A stretch of DNA of 64,000 nt from Squalus acanthias. Its lineage: Eukaryota. The position numbers were made by a program, and so were the translations under genes. The notes beneath the pieces were generated by a model. It was not told where the DNA came from and did not search any database. It saw only the letters and a program-made list of their open reading frames with translations. The stretch spans positions 77,440,001 to 77,504,000 of the forward strand of contig CM059432.1 of assembly GCA_030390025.1 (NCBI GenBank), in the 5' to 3' direction. Of the stretch, positions 40,318-54,600 are shown in pieces (position 1 is the stretch's first letter; every line of letters starts with the position of its first letter).

Positions 40318-42180
40318 AACTACAGGCCAGTTAACCTGACATCAGTCGTCGGGAAAATGCTGGAATCCATTGTTAAGGAAGTGGTATCAACTCACTTAGA
40401 AAATCATAACATGATTAGGCAGAGTCAGCATGGTTTTATGAAAGGGAAATCGTGTTTGACAAATTTATTAGAGTTTTTTGAGGCTGTAACAAGCAGGGTA
40501 GATAAAGGGGAACCAGTGGATGTAGTATACAGTAAACTCTTGTTTAAACGGCACTTAATCATCCGGAATTCTTTAATAACCGGCAAAATTCAGGAGTAGG
40601 TTTTGAGGCTTCCGCCCCAGAAGGAACGGGGCAGTAGTGTCCCGAAAATGGTGGGGAATGACTTACCACTTGTTCCCGCCGTCGCTGTGTGCGCTGCAAT
40701 CTTCCCCGCACAGTATCAGCTGGCTGTCCAGCCAAAGAGGAACCCAAAGGTAAGTTTTACTGTATATTTGTGGGGCCAGAATAAGCAGGTGTGCTCCTTC
40801 GGCTTTTACAAAACCAGCTTGGGCCATTGCCACTCCATGTCCCACCTCCCCTCCTGAGTTCGGAACACCCCCACAGAATTACCGATATATAAATTGCCTC
40901 GGTAGGTATACCTCTCCGTTATCCGGAATTTTTAATCAACCGGCACCATCCTGGTCCCGTAGGTGCTGGATACGAAAGAGTTTACTGTATTTGGATTTCC
41001 AAAAGGCATTCGATAAGGTGCCACATAAAAGATTATTACACAAGATTAGGGCTCATGGGGTTGGGGGTAATATAGTAGCATGGATAGAGGATTGGTTAAC
41101 GGACAGAAAACAGAGAGTAGGGATAAACGGATCTTTTTCAGGTTGGCAGGCTGTAACTACTGGGGTGCCGCAAGGATCAGTGTTGGGGCCTCAGCTATTT
41201 ACAATCTATATTAATGACCTAGATGAAGGGACCAAGTGTAATGTATCCAAGTTTGCTGATGATACAAAGTTAGGTAGGACAGTAAGCTGTGAGGAGAACA
41301 CAGAGTCTGCAAAGGGATATAGATAGACTAAGTGAGTGGGCAGTAATGTGGCAGATGGAGTATAATGTAGGGAAATGTGAGATGTTTCACTTTGGTAGGA
41401 AGAATAGAAAAACAGAATATTTTTTAAATGGTGAGAAACTTTCAAATGTTGGTGTTCAGAGAGATTTGGGTGTCCTCGTGCAAGAAACACAGAAAGCTAG
41501 CATGCAGGTACAGCAAGCAATAAGGAATGCAAATGGCATGTTGGCCTTTATTGCAAGGGGGTTGGAGTATAAGAGTAAGGAAGTCTTGCTACAATTGTAC
41601 AGGGCCTTGGTGAGACCACACCTGGAGTACTGTGCACAGTTTTGGTTCCTTATCTAAGGAAGGATATACTTACCTTGGAGGTGGTGCAATGAAGGTTCAC
41701 TAGATTGATTCCTGGGATGAGAGGGCTGTCCTATGTTGATAGGTTGTGTAGAATGGGCCTATACTCTCTGGAGTTTAGAAGAATGAGAGGTGATCTAATT
41801 AAAACAGACAAGATTCTGAGGGGGATTGACAGGGTAGATGCTGAGAGGTTGTTTCCCCTGGCTGGAGTGTCTAGAACTAGGGGGCATAGTCTCAGGATAA
41901 GGGGTAGGCCATTTAAGACTGAGATGAGGAAGAATTTCTTCACTCAGAGGGTTGTGAATCTTTGGAATTCTCAGCCCCAGAGGGCTGTGAATGCTGAGTC
42001 TTTGAGTATATTCAAGGCTGAGATAGATAGATTTTTGGACTCTAGGGGAATCAAGGGATATGGAGATTGGGCGGGAAAGTGGAGTTGAGGTTGATGATCA
42101 GCCATGATCCTATTGAATGGCGGAGCAGGCCCGAGGGGCCATATGGCCTACTCCTGCTCTTACTTCTTATGTTCTTATGT
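40318..42180 (+). mobile_element. CR1 RT and 3' end, split by a Tigger-like MITE
   Basis: [17 protein letters not shown] is rejoined across the insertion; FADD motif; tail ttcttatgttcttatgt. Confidence 0.93.
40530..40987. mobile_element. Tc1/mariner (pogo/Tigger-like) MITE, 458 bp
   Basis: TA TSD; TIR cagtaaactct / agagtttactg; subterminal direct repeat atccggaatt...aaccggca at 40561 and 40921. Confidence 0.88.
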
Positions 42181-42204
42181 TAACAAGTCAACATGGAGAT
42201 AAAT

Positions 42205-43150
42205 ATTCTGACAAAAGGTCATTGACCTGAAACATTGGAGGGAATTTTAACCCCAAAAAACAGGTGGGTTGGGGGTCGAGTGGGAGTTCAAAGTATTAAA
42301 AAATGTGAATCCCAACCACAACCCGCCTCCAACCCGCCCACTTCTGGGTTTACCGGAGGTGGGACGGGGGCGTGCAGGAGGCAGGTTGGCACGTTAAATA
42401 ATATAATGAGGATGGAAGCCTCGGATTTACCTGCTGTGCAGGTTTAACTGTGGCCGGCCGGGGTTCCCAGGCCTCAGGATTCCCAGCAGCTGCAGCAAGG
42501 TGAAGACAGCCTTGGGGAGCACTTCTTGTTGGTCGGGAGGAGCAGGACTGTTTCCTCCTGGCCCCCCAAGCTCCCCCACTATAAACCACACCCCCCCCTG
42601 CCCCTCCAGATCGGAACCCCCCCGGGTAGGTAATCGGACGCCACCCCTGATCGGACTCCTCCCGGGATCGGGATTCGGAACCCTCTCCGGGGTTGGAAAC
42701 CCCCCCCCCCCCGGGAAGGTAATCAGACACCCCGGGGCGGGGATCGGACCCTTCCCGGGGTGAGGGATCGGACCCTGCCCCTGAGATCAGACCCAACCCC
42801 GGGCTCGGGGCTCACACCTACCTGGGGTTGCGGCTCCTTCTCCAGAGTTCCCTGCCTGACTAGAAGCCAGCCTGTCAATCAGGCTGACTTCCGGGCGGGG
42901 AACCTGTCGGTGATGTTACACACCGCTGTGGACTTCAAACTCCACAGAGTGCACGGAAACCCGGACTGGTTTCCCGCACTCTAGCGCCCCCCACCTCCCC
43001 CACCCCCCGCCCCCACCCCCCGCCCCCCACCCCCCTCCCCCCCACCGCTACCGGCAGGTCAAAAACTTACGGCCAATAACTCTGTTCCTCTCTCCACAGA
43101 TGCTGCCTAACCTGTTGAATATTTCCAGCATTTTCTGTTTTTTTCCCGAT
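42205..43150 (+). mobile_element. Penelope-type terminal fragment with degenerate hammerhead, split by MITE 42237-43074
   Basis: ctgacaaaaggtcattgacctgaaacatt | aactctgttcctctctccacagatgctgcc, colinear with 55157-55250. Confidence 0.75.
42237..43074. mobile_element. Harbinger-type MITE (family D-related)
   Basis: Ends defined by the interrupted Penelope fragment; flanks ATT/AAT; homologous to 26846-27707. Confidence 0.78.
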
Positions 43151-43679
43151 TTCTAGCTGTTCTGTGGCTGTACGCTGTCAGCATTTTCATCTTACTTTCA
43201 GCTTGAACATTTGCAGAGTATTCTGGGAGTCATGGGGAATATATTCAATGTAAGCAAGAAGGCATTTGTTTGTCAGATTATAACTTTCCAAGTGTTACTA
43301 CAAGGTAAGTACAAATAAGACCATTTCAGCTCAACCACCTAGAAAAATGTCGAGTTCCCATCCCCTCCCATCACAGCACCCAATTGTCTCTTAAGTGACT
43401 CCAAGGTTTTTGCATGCATCACCCTACATGGAGGTCCATTTTGAGTGTTAATCACTCTTTGTGCAAAGAACTTCCTGACATCACTTCCAGGATGATCCCA
43501 CAGTAATGTGCAGTTTTGGCAGAAACAGTTCAGGCCAAATAGTGCTTGATGTGGTCCAGCCAGATCAGGTAATGGATAGATGAGCTGTGGCCCAAATAAG
43601 TTGAAGTCTGTGCCCCTTGGAGTGCAGTCTAGAGCACATCCACAGCACCTTGGGGCAAATGACTTCACATGGGGGTACA

Positions 43680-44599
43680 GCAAAGTGTAGAAATGCAGTC
43701 ATAGGGGATTCGATAGTCGGGGGATAGACAGGCGTTTCTGCAACTGCTAATGTGAGTCTCATGTAGTGTGTTGCCTCCCTGGTGCCAGGGTAAAGGACAT
43801 CACTGAACAGGTGCAGAACATTCTGCATGTGGAGGGGGACAGCCAGAAATCATGGTCCATGCTGGAACCAATGACGTAGGTAGGAAAAGGGTCGAGGTCC
43901 TACAGACAGAGTATCAGGAGCTAGGGAGGAAGTTAAAGAGCAGGACCTCAAACTGTAGTAATGTCTGGATTACTCAGAGTGCCACGTGCTAGTGAGTATA
44001 GGAGCAGTGAGATCAATGCGTGGCTGGAGAAATAGTGCAGGATGGAGTTCTTCAGATTCCTGGGGCCCTGGGATCAGTTCTGGGGCAGGAGGAACCTGCA
44101 CAAAGTGAACAGATTGCACCTCAACCGGGCTGGGACCAATGAACTTGCAAGGAGGTTAACTAGTGTTGTAGGGGAGGGTTTAAACTAATTTGGCTATGAG
44201 AGGGGCACTGGGATGAAGCAGGAGAAAGGAGATACAAAGTGCACAGAGGACTGGGAGAGGCAAACAGCATTAGAATAAAGAGTAGTTCAAAAATAGGAGG
44301 GATCAAATATGAGCAAATGTAAGCCAGACTAAGATGGGTTTAGAGTGCGTGTGCATAAATGCCCGGAGCATGATAAATAAGGTCCGTGAGCTGCAGGCAC
44401 AAGTCGCCACATGGAATTATGATATAGTGGCAATAACGGAGACCTGGCTCAAAGAAGGGGAGTTGGGAACTTAATATTCCTGGCTACAATATATTCAGGT
44501 AAGATAGGGAAGGAAAAAAAGTAGGGGCATGGCAGTATTAATCAAAGGTACTGTTACAGCACTGGAAAGGGATAATGTACTTGAGGGTTCAAAGACAGA
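43680..44599 (+). mobile_element. CR1 5' region: degraded ORF1 SGNH-esterase domain and start of the ORF2 endonuclease
   Basis: VIGDSIV, CCLPGARVKDI and VHAGTND; ORF1 end ggggagggtttaaactaa; later INARS and ITETWL. Confidence 0.85.
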
Positions 44600-45890
44600 G
44601 GCCTAGAAATCAGACATCAACAAAAACCTGCCGGTGTCACCGCGGCCTCGGGTTTACAAAAAACATTAACATTAAAAAGAATTCCCAAATAGGAGTCGTC
44701 AGCACTTAAAGCTGAATTCCCTTCCGAACCTCAAAAAATGGGAAAGGTGCATCAGAAATAACACAAATCACAAATGGCTCAGCAAGCCAGGGAAGGGGCA
44801 CCCAGGGTCCTGCATGCATCATTCCAGCTTTGTGCAGAGAGTCAACACTGCAAGACTGGTCCTCTACGCACAGGGGCCAGGAGACCCTCCAGAAAGAACG
44901 ATGTGGGACCAGATCACCAAGGCCGTCACTGCCAGCAGTGTCGCCCCCACCACCTGGCTCCAGTGCCCAAAGAAGCTTCATGACCTCACATCACTGGTCA
45001 AGGTCGGTGAATGCATCTTCAAAAGCCGTCTCCTACCAACTGCATCAGTAGCCTCACACACTGTTCAATGTACGACTCCCCCCTCCCCCACCCCATCACT
45101 CACCTACCAACAATCTGCACCAATCACGAGGCACATCTCCCATTCCAAGCCTCACCTCACCCCCTTGGCGGAGACAGTGCTGGCCAGTCTTGGCAGGGGC
45201 ATGGCTGAGCCCTTGACCAGCGGCGGAGCTGAAAAGATACAAGATGCTGGTATCCTCATACATTATCCACCTTCTTGCAAGCACCTCATGCTTTCCCTCC
45301 CTCCCCTCAACAAAAGAAATACAACCTGTCCACCCAGTGGTTGGCCAAGAAGAGGGAGAGGAGAGTGAAGAAGAAGAAGAAGAAACACCATCACTCGATT
45401 TGACACTCCCATCCACCAGCTCCTCAAGGTCGACCAGCAAGGCCATCTGCAGTCTTCCCCACTGAAAGTCAGCAGCCTTCCACCAGCCATGCTGCACCCA
45501 CTGGGGTAGCACTGCATGACGTCACTAGGATAGGCAAAGGCACACACAAGACAGTCAGTAAGGGAATATAAAAGGGCGATGAATTGATTTCTTGATGTCA
45601 TATTGCATGGATAGATGTATAAAGCTGGATTGGAAAGCTTGCTTTGTGGTGGCTTTTATTTCAGCATTATGGTCAAGAGGACGCTGTGATGGTCAGTAAC
45701 AGAGGGAAGGTAAGGTGTGGAGCTAATCTTGAAATGGGAATTGGGGTTGTGGTCACTGGTACTGCAGGCAGATGATTCCATCCCAGATATCCCGGCCAGA
45801 AAGGGGCAGTCTGGGTTGCATCCTTCCTTCTGCTTCCTCCTCTTCTGCTTCCTCCTCTTCTGTGTCTTCCTCTTCTATGTCTTCCTCTTC
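44600..45890. mobile_element. Harbinger family C copy 3, inverted, truncated at the acidic repeat
   Basis: Starts ggcctagaaatc; Myb remnant ORF 44814..45368; reverse complement of 13880-15230 and 22380-23660. Confidence 0.85.
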
Positions 45891-46518
45891 CTAGAGTTCT
45901 TTGCTATGTTGTCATGCCAACTCTTGTTATCCACTTCAGTACTATAGCCTTCATGCAGTCACCTGCAATTGAAATAAAAAACTGTATCCGGCAAAACGTT
46001 TATTTTTGTGCAAGCTATACTATGGGTTCTAGATTTTATTCATATAAAGAAATGATCACAGCATAGAATGGAATCAAAAAGCTGATCTTCTCGCTGGTCA
46101 CACTGCAATCTCCTTTGTTGTTTCAGCCCGATTTGCTGTTTATCAGCTTTTTTTTTACAAATGCTTGTCTTGCCAGGTGGTTTGCAAAGCAATACAATAG
46201 GTTCACTATTCCAGCTGTATCCTACTAATGAAAATAAGGAGTATGGTAAAAAATGAAATTCAGAGAATTGGAAGAAATTGCAAATATAGCGATATTTTCT
46301 TTTGCAAATATAACCTGTTTTCAGTTTATACCAATTTTCTATGCCTAAAGTTAGCAACTCAGTTTTATTATGTGTTTCCCAAGATTACTGTAGCAAGAAC
46401 AAGAATAATATTCTATTGCTGAGTTTTCTAATGCCTTGCGAGGGATAGACTTCATACATATGTGACTCAGAGCAACTTGAGAGAATAAACGCATTTAGTG
46501 TAACAATATTTTTGCTCA

Positions 46519-46677
46519 CTGATTCTGCGGTTGGCGGATGGTGTGTAATGTTAAGTGCAGTGTTATTGGTCTGATTCTGCGGTTGGCGGATGGTGTGTAA
46601 TGTTAAGTGCAGTGTTATTGGTCTGATTCTGCGGTTGGCGGATGGTGTGTAATGTTAAGTGCAGTGTTATTGGTCTG
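46519..46677. repeat. Perfect 52-bp tandem triplication
   Basis: ctgattctgcggttggcggatggtgtgtaatgttaagtgcagtgttattggt at 46519, 46571 and 46623. Confidence 0.95.
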
Positions 46678-47352
46678 GTAGCCAAGTTCTCAGGATTCTG
46701 TTATCACAATGAATTTTGGCCTGGCCAACATTATCAACAGGAATGAAAATATAGGTGCCAATTGATAAGTTATCTCTTCGGTATTGCACCATTTGTCCAC
46801 ATATTTAATGATAATGGCATGAAGATTTGGCTGATGAATCCCTTTCAAGATCCAAGAACTTCTGATCAAGCCTGATAAACATGGCATGCTTTACCACCTC
46901 CTGAAATAGTATTTTGACACTTTATATTTCTATCAGTGCATTTCACCACAGACTGCATAGTCTATACATGGTTATCTTTCACAACATCAATATGACCTGT
47001 AGAGATGGAATGACAATAATGATATCTTATACATTCCCAGTAATTCTTACTAGCCAGGAATGCCAGGAAAAAATTAATTTGAGATGTCATCAATTAATTG
47101 GTGTGTTGTATGTTAAATGCAAATCAATAAATTGAATCAAGTTACAGGGCTGAAAACCTAAAAGAAAACTTCCTGTTTGTATGTTTTGTCATCTGTTCTG
47201 CAGAGCAACCCTAAGAATCCTTAACTAAAAGAAGTTAACAGTACAGCTGCCTATGGTAAAGTACCTGAATACTTTGTTTTTGTTCAAAAATGTTAATTCA
47301 TTTTTTGGAAGAAGACATAGGTAATGCTGTACTCTGTAGTTATATAGTGCAA

Positions 47353-47790
47353 GTGACAGCTGTGGCTCACTTGGTAACACCCTCGCCTGAGGGTTGTAGG
47401 TTCAAGTCCCACTCTTGAGCACATAAATCTAGGCTGACACTCTAGTGCAGTGCTGAGGGAGTGCAGCACTGTTGGAGGTGCCGTCTTTCAGAGGAGACAT
47501 TAAACCGAGGCCCCCATCTGCCCTCTCAGGTAAATGTAAAAGATCCCTTGGCATTATTTTGAAGAAGAGCAGCAGAGTTATCCCCGGTGTCCTGACCAAT
47601 ATTTATCCCTCAATCAACCTTACTAAAACAGATTAGCTGTCATTATCACATTGCTGTTTGTGGGAGCTTGCTGTGTGCAAATTGGCTGCCGCGATTCCCA
47701 CATTACAACAGCGACTACACTTCAAAAGTGCATCATTGGCTGTAAAGTGCTTTGGGACGTCCGGCGGTCGTGAAATGCAAGTCTTTCTTT
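47353..47790 (+). mobile_element. Deu-domain SINE
   Basis: Colinear with 24847-25311; B box ggttcaagtccc. Confidence 0.8.
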
Positions 47791-47844
47791 TTTATTTAAG
47801 ACTTCAGGATTGTAATGGTTGGATGTGATGTACACCAGAGGTCA

Positions 47845-50445
47845 GAACATAAGAACATAAGAAATAGGAGCAGGAGTAGGCCATTCGGCCCCTCGAGCTT
47901 GCTCAGCCATTCAATAAGATCATGGCTGATCTTTGACCTCAACTCCATTTTCCTGCACTATCCTCAAATCCCTTGATTCCCTTAATATCCAAAAATCTAT
48001 CGATCTCTGTCTTGAATATACTCAATGACTGAGCCTCCACAGCCCTCTAGGGTAGAGAATTCCAAAGATTCACCACCCTCAAATTTCTCCTCATCTCAGT
48101 CCTAAATGGCCAACCCCTTATTCTGAGACTGTGAGCCCTGGTTCTAGACTCCCCAGTCAGGGAAACATCCTCCCTGCATCTACCCTGTCAAGCCCTGTAA
48201 GAATGTTGTATGTTTCAATGAGATCACCTCTCATTCTTCTAAACTCCAGAGAATATCGGCCTAGTCTACTCAATCTCTCCTCATAGGACAATCCCCCCAT
48301 CCCAGGAATCAGTCTGGTGAACCTTCGTTGCACTCCCTCTATGGCAAGTATATCCTTCCTTAGGTAAGGAGACCAAAACTGTACACAATACTCCAGGTGT
48401 GGTCTCACCAGGGCCCTATATAATTGCAGTAAGACGTCTTTACTCTTATACTCAAATCCTCTTGTAATAAAGGCCAACATACCATTTGCTTTCCTAATTG
48501 CTTGCTGTACCTGCATGTTAACTTTCAGTGATTCGTGTACAAGGACACCCAGGTCCCTCTGAACACCAACATTTCCCAATCTCTCACCATTTAAAAAATA
48601 CTCTGCTTTTCTATTTTTCCTATCAAATTGGATAACTTCACATTTCTCCACATTATATTCCATTTGCCATGTTCTTGCCCACTCACTTAGCCTGTCTATA
48701 TTCCCTTGAAGCCTCTTTGCATCCTCCTCACAACTTACATTCCCACCCAGCTTTGTATCATCAGCAAACTTGGATATATTATATTTGATCCCTCATCCAA
48801 ATCATTGATATGGATTGTGAATAGATGAGGCCCAAACACTGATCCTTGTGGTACCCCACTAGTTACAGCCAGCCAACCTGAAAATGACCCGTTTATTCCT
48901 ATTCTCTGTTTTCTGTCCATTAACTAATCCTCAATCCATGCTAGTATATGAACCCCAATCCCTTGAGCCCTAATTTTGTTCAATAATCTCTTGTGTGGCA
49001 CCTTATCGAATGGCTTCTGAAAATCCAAATACACCACATCCACTGGTGCCCCCTTATCTATTCTGCTAGTTACAACCTCAAAAAACTCTAACAGATTTGT
49101 CAAACACAATTTCCCTTTCATAAATCCGTGTTGACTCTGCCCAATCCTATTATTATTTTCTAAGTGCCCTGTTTCCACGTCCTTAATAATAGATTCTAGC
49201 ATTTTCCCTACTACTGATGTCAGGCTAACTGGTCTGTAGTTCCCCGTTTTTTCTCTCCCTCCTTTCTTAAATAGTGGGGTTACATTTGCTACCTTCCAAT
49301 CCGTGGGAACCGTTCTAGAATCTATGGAATTTTGGAAGATGACAACCAATGCATCCACCATCTCTATAGCCACCTCTTTCAAAACCCTAGGATGTAAGCC
49401 ATCAGGTCCAGGGGATTTATCGGCTCTCAGTCCCATTAATTTCTCCAGTACTATTTCTTTTACTAATACTAATTTCTTTCAGTTCCTCATTCTCGCTAGA
49501 CCCTTGGTTCTCCACTATTTCAGGGAGGTTTTTTGCATCTTCTTCCGTGAAGACAGACACAAAGGGTTGTATTTTGTCAATGGGGAGCTTTTGGAGGCGG
49601 GACTCCCACTTGTCGGGTTTTAGTCTTGCCTCCATTGACTTGTGGCCAACCCACGCTATTTTCCCTTGATTGACCTTGTTAAGCCCGCCCACCAGTTACT
49701 GGTGACGTCAGCGAGTGACGTTTCATCTGTCAAGAGCTTTTGACAGATGAAATGTCATTGTTTGACAGACTTGTGAAGCTGCCAAACACTAACAATCTGT
49801 CTTCTAAGTTGAGTCTTTACTCAGGACTCAATTAGAAAGCCTTCCTGAGTAGAAAGCAGAAGGCTGCAGCTTTAGACAGTTCAGCGGCCATTCTGCTTTC
49901 TGTGCCGGTGAGCTGAGGGACTCCCGAGACCTGAAGGGAGGAAGCCTGCAGGAAGAAGTAAAGGTAAGTAAAACTTATTAAAACACTTTACACACACCTC
50001 ACACACTTACCTCTGCACACATGCACCCATCACTCACCGGACATCTCGGCCCCTCTGACCCGCGCAGACCGACGGCCCACCTCGCTGACCCTGGCGAGGT
50101 TCGGAGCCATCGGAAGCCCACACTTCAGGGCTCAAAATAGGGATTCTCCAAAAAACTGCCTGTTAACTACCTGTTAACTACCTGTTAACAGGCAGTTAAT
50201 TGGCACTAATCCCCTTCCCGCCTCGAGGAGACGGAACCCGACGCGGGTCGGGTACCCGCCTCCTGGGAAGATGGCATGGAGGCGGGTTGGTGGCGGGATG
50301 GGTACCCGCCCTCAGATTCTGCCATTTTCCCGGCAGTCCCGCCTCCAAACCCGCCTCCCCAGGGCTGGCAAAAGCCCCCAAAGTATTTGTTTAATTTCTC
50401 TGCCATTTCCTTATTCCCCATTATAATTTCTCCTGTCTCAGCCTG
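47845..50445 (-). mobile_element. CR1 LINE (RT and 3' end) split by a MITE
   Basis: ORFs 48157..48663 and 48924..49436; rejoins as gacacaaa|gtatttg. Confidence 0.95.
49564..50379. mobile_element. Harbinger MITE (family A-related)
   Basis: TSD AAA; ends gggttgtattttgtca / tggcaaaagccccc; reverse complement of 7345-8188. Confidence 0.85.
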
Positions 50446-51404
50446 TCAGTGTTTGGTTCACGTTTGTTCTCAGTGTATATGGATATTGGGTTTAGGGGAA
50501 ACAATCCTGAAATTTGCTGACAAAACAAAAGTAGGAGGTTTGGCCTCAGTGAGGAGGACAGTAAAAGTGGGGGAATAATGGCAAATGGCTAAAGAAGAGT
50601 ACTTGCAAACTCATCATCTTACAGCTTTCTGAGTTGGGCGAGGGGATCTACATTTCACTTGAGCTCCATCGTTTACAATGGAGCAGTGCTAATCAGTTGT
50701 GCTCTGGAAAATAATGATAGGCAACCACAACATATTTGACCTCCCAGACTCCGACATCCTCAGTACATATTTGAAGTATTTCCCCATGAGAAAGGAGATC
50801 AGAATAGTAGGTGTAGAGTTATCAACATGGTCAATGACAAATGGCCAAAAATAATAAAGTGAGTTTGAAATATCAGATTATGTGGTAGTCACAGATAATA
50901 AAAGGAGGCAGATTAACAATATAAGATTCACATTTGTTTGTTCTCATGAAATTCCTAATGTATGTTAAAGTCAAACCATTATTACATATACTACAGCAAA
51001 TTCATTCAGACTTTAGGCTGGGATTGTTTTTGGAGGGAATTATAGCCTCTATTGTCTACCACAATCAATTTCGACTCCAAACTGTGGAAAAGACAACATA
51101 AACAATAGACCATGGCCTATATTTTCCTCGTGATGTAAACAGTTAAGAAAAAGGTGCAGTGGGTAAGCTGAGGACATGTTTTTTTTGTAAATTCCTTTAA
51201 AACTGTTATTATCCAATTGGTAAAGAGTTGAGGTATAAATAAACAAATGGGAAAAAACCTAGTGAAGGGTTTGTTCACTGCTCAATAATGTTGGGATGTT
51301 GTTTGTTGGCCCTTTTGTTAGAAACAGACCCTAACAAATAACATCATGCATTTAGTCACTCACCATGCACTCAGCTTAAATTCAAGAAGTTCTGCAAAGC
51401 TATT

Positions 51405-51688
51405 AATGAAAGAACTTGCATTTATAAAGCACCTTTAACAACCTCAGGATGTCCCAAAGTGCGTCGCAGCCAATTACGTACTTTTGAAGTGTAGTCACTG
51501 CTGTAATGTAGAGAAACACAGCAGACAAATTGCACACAGCAAGGTCCCACAAACAGGAATGAGATAATGAGCAGTTAAATTGTTTCATTGATGTTGGTTG
51601 AAGGATTAATATTGGCTCAGACACTGGGAGAACTCTGCCACTTTTCTTCCAATAGTGCCATGGGATCTTTTACGTCCATCTGAGAGCA
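51405..51688 (-). mobile_element. Deu-domain SINE, 3' half, old
   Basis: Reverse complement of 25028-25305. Confidence 0.7.
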
Positions 51689-54600
51689 GCTACTTGCAGG
51701 GGAAAATGCATGTAAGTGGCAGGAAGGGGGTTTCAGGAGGGTCATGCAGGACAGAAAGAGGACCTGGAACTGAACTTGGTTAGTGAACTACCCTCTGGCC
51801 CCAGAAAGGTCATCTTGTTTGTCATACATAGCACAAAAAAGGATAGAGCAACCTTGGTGAGAAATTGGTGTTTTTCAATATTGTGGGCACCAAGTGCCTG
51901 CACATTCCGATTTCTTCATTGCACAGTTGTACTTAGGGCCTGCTCAAAGCTTTAGTGATTAAGCAGTTTGTTAACTGCTTGAGAAGCAAGATAATGAGCA
52001 TCAGTGCAGGTATACAGTGATTGGCCGATTTCTGCCTGATGAGATTATCCAACCAATTCTGACAGGGTGACACACCGATACACCTGCCATTTTATGGACA
52101 GGTTAAAGGAGGAAAATATTCAGCTGTGACTGCTATCAAACATTGGTGTTATGCAAACTGTGATGACTTCTCTTTTGTTGAACTTTACATCAGTAGAATT
52201 TTAAGTAAGATTAACCCACACTACTTTTACAATTGCTTTTACCACCAAGTTATACTTCCACTTTCCAGTAATCCTACAATTCCCAGATCATAGACACTGC
52301 AGTCTCAAGAGTACTGTCACTATGGCAACTTCTGGATTTTATACATGTTGTCTATTACTCACTGAACACCAAATGGATTGGAAAATGTTCCTGCAATAAC
52401 ATGTTGTAATATGATACAAGAATGCTAGTAACAGTAAAGGAGTGGCACTACTTAATCAACTTTAAAATTAATTTCCTGCTTCTTAGACAGAACCACCAAT
52501 TTGAATCTCAGTTGGATGTATATCTTTGTCCATTTACAATCTGAACCAATTTTGCGCACAGATCAATGAACTCCGATAAACAGAGCTGCATTCACCATAA
52601 CTCTAATACAATCACTATTGCCTCTTGGAGATAGGTGGGACCAGCTGGGCTAGATATGTGCTTGAGCAATTTAACAAAAGAAAGGGGAAAAAATTGGGTT
52701 TGATGGCGGAGGCCCAAGGCTCACTGCACATTGGGCCACAGGCCTCATCTCCATAGCACTGGCGAGCTGCGGACACCAGACAGGCGACCCAATGCAGCTT
52801 GCCGGTCCAGCCGGCAGATAAGTCGGCAAGGGGCGGGGAGAGGGGAATGGGAGTTAGGGAAATCGCAGGCCCAATTTCGCCCCCCACCCCCAGTAAAACA
52901 AATGATATTTTTCGCATGTCCTCTAAAGAAATCAGGGGAAAAGAAATCTTAATGTATAAGCAGTCCCATTCCTTTAACATTTTCAGTTGTGCATCTTTCA
53001 AGATAGCTTCATACACAGAGATTTTGTATCATATCCTGTGAAATGCACAGAATTGATTTCCTAATTACTCTCTAACATAAATTAAAATAAGCTTGATGGA
53101 TGTCAGACCATTGCTAGGGCTGCATATTGCTGTCATCATCTTGCATTTTGATATTGAAACACCAGAATGTGAGAGCAGTAAAATTCTTTCAAGTTAAATT
53201 TAAATCTGGAAGATTCAGTCTAACTTCAGTCCAAACATGAAATTATTGTCACTCTTCCAAGTGCGAAATTATGTAAATGTTGGCTGCAGGAGGGTTACAT
53301 ATGTGCAATGTAATTTTTCTCCACTGAGAGCAGTAATTTTAAAATTACTTTGTATTCACCACCCCTAAAGTAAGTATGTCATTGTATTTCCAGTAGAGTT
53401 TTGAATAATAATTAAAATTAATACCCCATGCTACAATAGTGTTGGAATTGGCTTGTGACTTGAAACATTCCAAATCTGTTGAGAGAATAAATCAGATTGT
53501 GAATCAATTTTTAATAAAATGCTGTGAAATTATGCTCCGAATCCAAACTAAAGAACAGAATTCAACATGAATGACACATGCCTGTCATCAGTGTTCTGGT
53601 GTATGGTACAAGCATAAAGGACTAAATATACCAGATTTCAGGACTATTGAGTAGAAGACCATGTGGGTTAAAATGGGAGGAATAACTTGCCAAGTAATAC
53701 TGGAGGGGAAAACAACTCTTTATATTGCACACTGCTTCAAGAAATGGTGCTGTAATATTATAGGTTCCTGATGCTGTGGAACATGGCTCAGTTCTTGTCA
53801 CCTCTGGAGGCAGCATCATCACTTCATTTACTTTATAATACTGCCAGGAAGTCAGGTTACCATAGTCAAAGTACTATATCTATATATATATATTTATGTA
53901 GATACATGAAATATTTTTTTTACTCGTTCCTGGGATGTGGGCGTCGCTGGCATTTATTGCCCATCCCTAGTTGCCCTTGAGAAGGTGGTGGTGAGCCGGC
54001 TTCTTGAACCGCTGCAATCCGTATGGTGAAGGTACTCCCACAGTGCTGTTAGGGAGGGAGTTCCAGGATTTTGACCCAGCGACTATGAAGGAACGTTGAT
54101 ATATTTCCAAGTCATGATGGTGTGTGACTTGGAGGGGAACTGGGAGGTGATGGTGTTCCCATACGCCTGCTGCCCTTGTCCTTCTAGAGGTTGTGGGTTT
54201 GGGCGGTGCTGTCAAAGAAGCCTTGGCGAGTTGTTGCAGTGCATCTTGTAGATGGTACACACTGCAGCCACGGTACGTCGGTGGTGGAGGGAGTGAATGT
54301 TTAAGGTGGTGGATGGGGGCCAATCAAGCAGGCTGCTTTGTCCTGGATGGTGTCGAGCTTCTTCAGTGTTGTTGGAGCTGCACTCATCCAGGAAAGTGGA
54401 GAGTATTCCATCACACTCCTGACTTGTGCCTTGTAGATGGTGGAAAGGCTTTGGGGAGTCAGGAGATGAGACTCTCACCGCAGAATACCTAGCCTCTGAC
54501 CTGCTCTTGTTGCCACAGTATTTATGTGGCTGGTCCAGTTAAGTTTCTGGTCAATGGTGAACCCCAGGATGTTGATGGTGGGGAATTCGGTGATGGTAAT

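Noticed and set aside
52684..52885. Short Harbinger-like MITE (ggggaaaaaattggg / cccaatttcgccccc)
   Set aside because: TIR-like ends but no matching TSD and no second copy in the window.
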